A stretch of 53,692 nt of DNA, from assembly GCA_002898395.1 (NCBI GenBank), contig BEHE01000014.1, positions 1 to 53,692 of the forward strand, read 5' to 3'. Under the pieces are notes generated by a model. That model had not been told where the DNA came from, made no database searches, and was given only the letters and a program-made list of their open reading frames with translations. The position numbers and the translations under genes were made by a program. The stretch is from Candidatus Calditenuaceae archaeon HR02. GTDB taxonomy: Archaea > Thermoproteota > Nitrososphaeria_A > Caldarchaeales > Calditenuaceae. Each line of letters starts with the position of its first letter. Within the stretch, counting starts at the first letter, position 1. Positions 47,453 to 53,692 of this stretch are shown piece after piece.

Positions 47453-48448
47453 ATGCGTTTAAGGATGGTGGTTCCGAAGGGCTCGCTGGAGAAGGGGGCG
47501 ATCGAGCTGCTTGAGAAGGCCTTTTACAGGGTTGAGGGCTATGAGAGGAGCTATAGTCCAATGATCAGCGACAGGGAGATTGAGCTTAGGATTCTGAGGC
47601 CGCAGGAGATTCCCGTGTATATTGCGGAGGGGCTGTTTGACGTGGGGATCACGGGGCGTGATTGGGTGGAGGAGACAGGGGCTGATGTCAAGGTACTTAG
47701 AGACCTGGAGTTTGGGCGGGTTAAGCTGGTCTTCGCGGCCCCAGCTAGCAGTCGGTATGAGAGTCTTGACCAGTTTCTGGAGAAGAACCTATCCAGCGGC
47801 AGGCCTGTGAGAATAGCTACTGAGTACCTCAACATCACGATGAATAGGGTGATTGCGACGGAGGCTTACGCGTCGAGGTTTGGGTCCAGAAGGCCCACCA
47901 TAATCACTCCTTGGTATCGGTATGGCGATAATCCCCAAGTCTCAATTCTCCTTTCCTTTGGGGCTACGGAAGCAAAGCCACCGCTCGCTGCAGATGCGAT
48001 AGTTGACAACACCGAGACTGGCCGGACACTCGAACAGAATAACTTGGCCGTCGTTGAGGAGCTGATGGAGAGCTCCGCCCTGCTGATAGCCAACAAGAAG
48101 TCGCTTGAGGATGGATGGAAGCGTGAAAAAATTTACGATATATTAACTATGTTCACTGGCGTAATAGAGTCAGAGAAGAAGTTGCACATCTTCCTGAACG
48201 TAAGGGGGGAGAATCTTGATGAACTTCTCTCAGCACTCCCCGCGCTAAAGTCTCCCACGATAAACAAGCTATCTATGGAGGGGTGGTATGCCGTGAACAC
48301 TGTCATCGATAAGTCGGATCTCCACAAGATACTCCCCAAACTGAGGCGGCTGGCCCAAGGCCTAGTAGCCCACAAGCCTGAGCTCATCCTACCCCTAGAG
48401 GAGATTGGGCGTGAGAGTGGTAAGGATATCGAGAGAAAACGCGGCTGA
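47453..48448 (+). CDS. hisG: ATP phosphoribosyltransferase (long form)
   Basis: PKGSL, LRPQEIP, DVGITGRDW, GATEAKP, TGRTL..N.L, LPALKSPT. Confidence 0.95.
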   Translation: MRLRMVVPKGSLEKGAIELLEKAFYRVEGYERSYSPMISDREIELRILRPQEIPVYIAEGLFDVGITGRDWVEETGADVKVLRDLEFGRVKLVFAAPASSRYESLDQFLEKNLSSGRPVRIATEYLNITMNRVIATEAYASRFGSRRPTIITPWYRYGDNPQVSILLSFGATEAKPPLAADAIVDNTETGRTLEQNNLAVVEELMESSALLIANKKSLEDGWKREKIYDILTMFTGVIESEKKLHIFLNVRGENLDELLSALPALKSPTINKLSMEGWYAVNTVIDKSDLHKILPKLRRLAQGLVAHKPELILPLEEIGRESGKDIERKRG

Positions 48449-49700
48449 AGCCGCCCAGCTTATCCGGGCCCAGGCCAGTCCACCGCCAGACATCATAGAG
48501 GCTGTAGAAGAGATAGTCAAGGCTGTACGTAGGGAGGGGGATGACGCCTTGATCAGGCTGGCAGAGCAGTTCGACGGCGTCCACCTAAGCAGAGACGAGC
48601 TCGTATCCACTATGGAGGAGGCTAGGGAGGCATACGAAGCAGCTCCCTCCAAACTCATCTTGGCAATGAAGAGGCTGAGACAGAGACTCCTGACATTTGA
48701 GAAGAGGCTCTACAAACGGCTAGTCTTGAACATCGGCAGCGAAGGGACTAGGATTGAGATTAGGCCAGCCCCCCTCGAGTCTGTGGGATGTTATGCGCCG
48801 GGAGGCTCTGCATCTTATCCATCCACAGTCTTGATGATGGGTGTCCCGGGGTCGATTGCTGGAGTTAGACGGCTCACTTTAGCCACACCACCTCGAAAAA
48901 ACGAGCAGGACCGGAGGACTGTCTTAGCCGCATCATACATAGCTGGCTTCAGCGAGGTGCTCTGGTCTGGTGGTGCTCAAGCCATAGCGGCCCTAGCATA
49001 TGGCACGGCGACCGTCAGAAGTGTGAAGAAGATAATCGGGCCGGGAAACAGGTATGTCCTCGAGGCTAAGAGGGTCGTCTCGAGGGATGTTGCAGTAGAC
49101 TTCGCAGCGGGGCCGACAGAGCTGCTTGTCGTGGTTGATTCATCCACACCCTTCAGACAGGCTGCCCTAGAAATGGCTGCGCAGGCAGAGCACAGCCCAG
49201 ACACGTTGGTGGGGGCTCTGGCTCTTGACTCAGAGTCTGAGGCCGGAGTCCTGGAGAGCCTCTCAGACCTTTTGAAGGAGCTGCCCCACTACTCACCCGC
49301 CTCAACATCCCTGAGGAGCCGCGGATTTGTCTGCACAGCAGACGGCTGGGATGCCGCTAGCCGTTTCATAGAGGCGCTTGCACCAGAGCACCTGCTGATT
49401 TACGCCGAGACGGGGAGAAAGAGGCTCAGAGATATACGGAGCGTCGGAGTCGTGAGCTATGGCAGAAACGCTTCAGGCGTATTTCTAGACTACTACGCTG
49501 GGCCCAGTCATGTCCTGCCCACGGATGGGTGGGCATCCATAAGAGGTGGGCTGACGGTCTTAGACTATGTGAAGCTTCTCCCCACAGTTAGGCCTTCAAA
49601 GATTGCGTTGAGACGCGCATATCGGGAGATGCGGGAGCTTATCTTGGCGGAGGGGCTACCACTACACCTCAAGGCATTGGAGGAGGCTGCGATGTTTTGA
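48405..49700 (+). CDS. hisD: Histidinol dehydrogenase
   Basis: YAPGG, GGAQAIAALAYGT, GPGNRYV, AGPTE, QAEH, APEHL, HVLPT. Confidence 0.93.
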   Translation: MGVRVVRISRENAAEAAQLIRAQASPPPDIIEAVEEIVKAVRREGDDALIRLAEQFDGVHLSRDELVSTMEEAREAYEAAPSKLILAMKRLRQRLLTFEKRLYKRLVLNIGSEGTRIEIRPAPLESVGCYAPGGSASYPSTVLMMGVPGSIAGVRRLTLATPPRKNEQDRRTVLAASYIAGFSEVLWSGGAQAIAALAYGTATVRSVKKIIGPGNRYVLEAKRVVSRDVAVDFAAGPTELLVVVDSSTPFRQAALEMAAQAEHSPDTLVGALALDSESEAGVLESLSDLLKELPHYSPASTSLRSRGFVCTADGWDAASRFIEALAPEHLLIYAETGRKRLRDIRSVGVVSYGRNASGVFLDYYAGPSHVLPTDGWASIRGGLTVLDYVKLLPTVRPSKIALRRAYREMRELILAEGLPLHLKALEEAAMF

Positions 49701-50869
49701 CACTAGCGAAATATTTCAAAATATCTGGCGAGAGCCCCGCCTACATCTATAAGGAGTCGGCAAAAATGCTCAGAAAAGTAGACTCCATACTCTTTGACTG
49801 CGACGGGGTCCTAATAGACACGCGGGAGAGCTACGACATGGCCATAGTGAAGACGGTCAGTATACTTTTCGAGAAGATACTCAACCTAGAGCTAATGGCT
49901 TCGACAGTCAGCAACAGCCACATCTACCTGCTCAGGTCGACGGGTGGATTTAACAACGACACAGATACGGCATATGTATTATCCCTCTGGCTGTTCACGG
50001 GTCTTCCAAGGGATATAGCCGGCGTAATCCAGGGACTCGACTCAGCGGTGGAGGATTCCAAAAACCCTCAAACACTCCTGGAAGCGGTTTCACAGACGGT
50101 CGACCTGAGGACAGGACACCTCCAGCACGAGTATAGATACTCACCCCCACCGCTAGAGCAGATAATATCTGAAACCATGCGGCGTGTAGGGGATCAGGTC
50201 CTCTCTGTCGCGGACCTTGAGCAGACTTTAAGGGAGTTCGCGGGGAGGAGGGGGCAGCTCGAGCTTTTCGAGACGTTCAGACACATAATTGGCCGGCCTG
50301 GAAGTTACGGGGAGGGGCTTCTAGAGACCCTATTCTGCGACATCTACTACGGTCCAGAGAACGTCCGCCTAATCTTCGGCAGAGGGAACTTCTTTGACCT
50401 GGGGCCCGGGATGTATTTGAAGGAGCGGGTCAACGTGAAGGAGGATACTTTGAAGTTGCTTGCGGGCAGATTTGGGGTCGAGAATATGGGTATTGTCAGC
50501 GGCCGGGACAGGTTCTCCACAGAGATTGTACTGGGCGACCTGATGAAATACTTCAATGCTGATGCATGTGTGTTCCTTGCAGATGAGTACCGGCAGATAG
50601 GCGAGGTTGTTAAGAAGCCAAGCCCCTACGGCATTGTCAAGGCAGTTATTCGGATGGGGGGAGCCACATCCCCAATGTATTTGGGGAACTCGGCTGAGGA
50701 CTTCTTCATGTCGCGAAGTGTCGAAAAGTATGGCTACAGGACCCTCTTTGCTGCAGTAGTTGGCCTAGCCCCAAACCCCGCAGAGTCCTCCGAATTCTTC
50801 GCATCACTCGGCTGCGACGCCATACTTTTGAACCCAGACGACATTACTAAGGTGTTTGGGGTGGTTTGA
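49697..50869 (+). CDS. HAD-superfamily hydrolase (candidate histidinol-phosphatase)
   Basis: FDCDGVLID, GGFNND, KKPSP, YLGNSAED; located between hisD and hisB. Confidence 0.8.
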   Translation: MTLAKYFKISGESPAYIYKESAKMLRKVDSILFDCDGVLIDTRESYDMAIVKTVSILFEKILNLELMASTVSNSHIYLLRSTGGFNNDTDTAYVLSLWLFTGLPRDIAGVIQGLDSAVEDSKNPQTLLEAVSQTVDLRTGHLQHEYRYSPPPLEQIISETMRRVGDQVLSVADLEQTLREFAGRRGQLELFETFRHIIGRPGSYGEGLLETLFCDIYYGPENVRLIFGRGNFFDLGPGMYLKERVNVKEDTLKLLAGRFGVENMGIVSGRDRFSTEIVLGDLMKYFNADACVFLADEYRQIGEVVKKPSPYGIVKAVIRMGGATSPMYLGNSAEDFFMSRSVEKYGYRTLFAAVVGLAPNPAESSEFFASLGCDAILLNPDDITKVFGVV

Positions 50870-51450
50870 TGGAGAGGCGTGAAAGCTCTGTCACACGCAA
50901 GACAGGAGAGACAAGGGTTGACGTAAGGCTTGTCCTAGAGGGTGAGGGAAGATTCAGCGGCTCCACGGGTATAAAATTCTTCGACCACATACTCACTCTC
51001 CTCGCTTATCACAGCCTCATGGACCTATCGGTGGAGGCGGGGTGGGACCTCAAGCACCACGGCGTCGAGGACATAGGTATAACCCTTGGGCAGGCCCTGG
51101 GAGAGGCACTCGGAGACCGCTCAGGCATTGCTAGGTTCGGGTACGCGATCATCCCCATGGACGAGGCCCTAGCCGAGGCTTCAGTAGACTTGGTTAAGAG
51201 GCCACACGCTAAGGTTGACATCGGCCTATTAAACGCGTCGATCGAGGACATGGTGGCGGAAGACATAATCCACTTCTTCCAGTCGCTCGCCCACTCGATC
51301 CCAGCAGTGATCCACATCAACGTGAGGTATGGATTAAACGAGCACCACAAGGTAGAAGCGGCGGTCAAGGCTCTGGCCATAGCCCTTAGGAACGCGTGGC
51401 AGAGAGAGCAGAGAAGAAGGGGGGCGCCCAGCAGTAAGGGAGTGATATAG
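50866..51450 (+). CDS. hisB: Imidazoleglycerol-phosphate dehydratase
   Basis: FFDHIL, HHGVED, PMDEALA, NEHHKVEA..KA. Confidence 0.95.
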   Translation: MMERRESSVTRKTGETRVDVRLVLEGEGRFSGSTGIKFFDHILTLLAYHSLMDLSVEAGWDLKHHGVEDIGITLGQALGEALGDRSGIARFGYAIIPMDEALAEASVDLVKRPHAKVDIGLLNASIEDMVAEDIIHFFQSLAHSIPAVIHINVRYGLNEHHKVEAAVKALAIALRNAWQREQRRRGAPSSKGVI

Positions 51451-51452
51451 CT

Positions 51453-52046
51453 TTGCGGGTCGGCATACTAAGCCTAGGGCTCAGCAATCTCTTCAGCATA
51501 ACTTCTGCGATAAAGAGGCTTGGGGTGGAGGTCGCCCTCCTCGAAAAGCCGAACGACACTATTGACGCTTTCATCTTCCCAGGTGTCGGAAACTTCACCG
51601 AGGCAGCGCGTAGGATCGAAGGGATACGTGAAGTGATGCTGGAATATATACGCTCAGGCAGACCATTTCTCGGAGTCTGTCTCGGAATGCAGATACTCTT
51701 TGACTCGAGCGATGAAGGGCCTGGGACAGGGCTTGGAGTATTCGGAGGGCGGGTCGCACGCCTCAGGGCGTCAAAGCTTCCACATATGGGCTGGAACAGG
51801 ATAAATCCTGTGAGACCCTCTCCACTGACAGAGGGAATCCAGCCTGGAGAATATGTCTACTTCATGCACTCCTACGCCCCGCAGCCTATAGATGAGCGCA
51901 TAGTCATAGCCACGACCAGCTACCAGACCGACTTCCCCTCAATAATCGGGGAAGGAGCCCTATTCGGGACACAATTCCACCCAGAGAAGTCAGGTAGAAC
52001 AGGCGAGAAGATACTGAAGAACTATTTCAGAATTGCTAAACAATGA
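51453..52046 (+). CDS. hisH: Imidazole glycerol phosphate synthase glutaminase subunit
   Basis: PGVGNF, GVCLGMQ, PHMGWN, YFMHSY, QFHPEKS. Confidence 0.95.
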   Translation: MRVGILSLGLSNLFSITSAIKRLGVEVALLEKPNDTIDAFIFPGVGNFTEAARRIEGIREVMLEYIRSGRPFLGVCLGMQILFDSSDEGPGTGLGVFGGRVARLRASKLPHMGWNRINPVRPSPLTEGIQPGEYVYFMHSYAPQPIDERIVIATTSYQTDFPSIIGEGALFGTQFHPEKSGRTGEKILKNYFRIAKQ

Positions 52047-52104
52047 CGTAATAGGTGAAAGTTTAAGAGCGGCGGCCGACTTTTATACATAGAGTACGAG
52101 CATT

Positions 52105-53184
52105 ATGCAGATTCCCGGAAAAGAAGCGGAGCTATGGACTGTAGAGGGAGGGAAGATCAAATGCACGGCCTGCGCTAGATACTGCCGCCTCTCCGACAAC
52201 CAGGTGGGCCTATGCGGCGTTAGAGGCGCCCACAACGGAAGACTCTACCTCTACGTCTATGGCAGAGTAATCGCGAGCCACATAGACCCAATAGAGAAGA
52301 AGCCAGTCACACACTTCATGCCGGGAACCAAGATATTCAGCATAGCTACAACCGGCTGCAACTGGCTCTGCCAATACTGCCAAAACTTCGACATCAGCCA
52401 GAGGAGAAAGGTTGAGGGCATCGAGGTCAACCCAAGACAGGTGGCGGAGCATGCCGCAAGATACGGCTCACATGGAATAGCCTACACCTACAACGAGCCT
52501 ACAATCTTCATGGAGTTTGCTCGGGATGTTGGTCTTGAGGCTAAGAGGCTCGGCCTATTCAACATCTTCGTCACCAACGGGTACTGGACGCCGGAGTCAG
52601 TGGCTATGGCCGCCACATTCCTCGACGCTGCTACAGTAGACTTCAAGGGGAACGGTGAGAGAGGGTTCGTAAGGCGCTACATCGGGATACCCGACGCGGA
52701 GCCGATCTTCCAAACACTCCTCGAAATGAAGGAGAAGACGCGGATACACATAGAGATAACCGATCTCGTTGTCCCTGAAATCGGAGATGACCTAAACGCC
52801 GCCCGAAAGCTTGTGAGATGGGTTCACGACAACCTCGGCCCCGACACGCCCATACACTTTCTAAGATTCCACCCAGACTACAAGCTCATGCACCTACCCT
52901 GGACGCCAATAGAGACGCTTGAAGCCCACTGGAAAATAGCAAAAGAGGAGGGGATGAAATACGCCTACATAGGCAACGTCCCAGGCCACCCATACGAGCA
53001 CACCTACTGCCCAGGATGCGAATACATCGTCGTGGAGAGGTTTGGATTCGACATAATCGACTGGCGCCTAACCCCACAGAACACATGTCCGAAATGCGGC
53101 TACAAGATAGCAATAGTTGGGAGGCCGCCAGAAAAAGAATCCAAGAAGAGCCGGTTCATACCAGTTCACTGGAACTTAACCTAA
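52105..53184 (+). CDS. amrS: AmmeMemoRadiSam system radical SAM enzyme
   Basis: CTACARYC, DPIEKKP, GCNWLCQYCQN, AYTYNEPTI, RFHP.YK, Y.GNVPGH. Confidence 0.9.
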   Translation: MQIPGKEAELWTVEGGKIKCTACARYCRLSDNQVGLCGVRGAHNGRLYLYVYGRVIASHIDPIEKKPVTHFMPGTKIFSIATTGCNWLCQYCQNFDISQRRKVEGIEVNPRQVAEHAARYGSHGIAYTYNEPTIFMEFARDVGLEAKRLGLFNIFVTNGYWTPESVAMAATFLDAATVDFKGNGERGFVRRYIGIPDAEPIFQTLLEMKEKTRIHIEITDLVVPEIGDDLNAARKLVRWVHDNLGPDTPIHFLRFHPDYKLMHLPWTPIETLEAHWKIAKEEGMKYAYIGNVPGHPYEHTYCPGCEYIVVERFGFDIIDWRLTPQNTCPKCGYKIAIVGRPPEKESKKSRFIPVHWNLT

Positions 53185-53453
53185 CACGCCCCCACAGCCC
53201 TCCACTACTTTATTATCTTAACCCCCCATCTATCGACAATATCGCTATCATAATCACGATAACGCCGAAGATTATCATCCAAGTGTTTAGATCTATTGCA
53301 TGAATGCTTGGACCGGAATCAAGCCACCTAATAATTAACACTCCCCAACAGAGTCCTATGCACACCGCCGACACAATGCGTTAGCGCCGTCCCACCTACA
53401 ACACCGCTTGCAAAGAGCAGTATCTTGCCCAGGACACCAACCTGCACATACAT

Positions 53454-53593
53454 ATCCTGTATGAAGGCCGTGACCATTCCCAACTTGTAGGCTATGAAGC
53501 CCGTGAGCCCCTTTCTGTCTCTCCTCTTAGGCTCTCAGGCCAGAAGTTGACGCGGGGGATTGGAGACCCTGCCCTTCGCCTAGGTGAGTATGC
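53454..53593 (-). pseudogene. rpl3: Frameshifted fragment of the ribosomal protein uL3 N-terminus
   Basis: Minus strand reads AYSPRRRAGSPIPRVNFWPE, then after a frameshift RKGLTGFIAYKLGMVTAFIQD, matching the archaeal L3 pattern PRKRA...PR...WP...GF.GYK.GM. Confidence 0.65.
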
Positions 53594-53692
53594 TTAAGAA
53601 GCCCATCGATATCGACAGAATAAGACCATTCGTCGAACACTGCGAGCGATGCATTGCGATGTTCCTTAGGGGATTCTTTGATAGCGAGGCGT
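53590..53692 (+). pseudogene. LAGLIDADG endonuclease fragment running off the window end
   Basis: LKKPIDIDRIRPFVEHCERCIAMFLRGFFDSE; FLRGFFDSE is a LAGLIDADG helix. Confidence 0.7.

Overview
Archaeal, probably thermophilic, chromosomal window. Tes, thermosome, Rpo6, ThiDN and the LAGLIDADG type would fit a Caldarchaeales/'Aigarchaeota'-like lineage, but that taxonomy is inference. 1-13.7 kb is a complete type I-A CRISPR-Cas locus (csa3 | csa5-cas7-cas5-cas3'-cas3''-cas8a-cas6-csa1-cas1-cas2-cas4). On its left are two convergent arrays (14 + 11 identical 24-nt repeats GAATCTCGCAAAGAGAGTTGAAAG) with identical inverted leaders, joined through one 40-nt spacer, followed by a deleted IS6 element and a TIR-bounded mini-element. 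On its right is a short third array whose last repeat abuts a truncated Eco57I-like R-M pseudogene. 14.7-19.5 kb is an accessory island with ORFans and an HTH-LAGLIDADG gene preceded by a ~230-nt, highly structured GC-rich candidate RNA that buries a perfect Shine-Dalgarno sequence. 19.5-53.2 kb is mostly housekeeping (tes, sufS, thiW/thiDN, Hdr-like oxidoreductase, MoxR/DUF58, 2-oxoacid:ferredoxin oxidoreductase, orphan MTase, rpo6, thermosome, a small RHH gene missed by the ORF track, a partial his operon, amrS). The window ends in a mosaic of an rpl3 fragment and a LAGLIDADG fragment. All protein calls are by recognition of motifs; no database searches were run.
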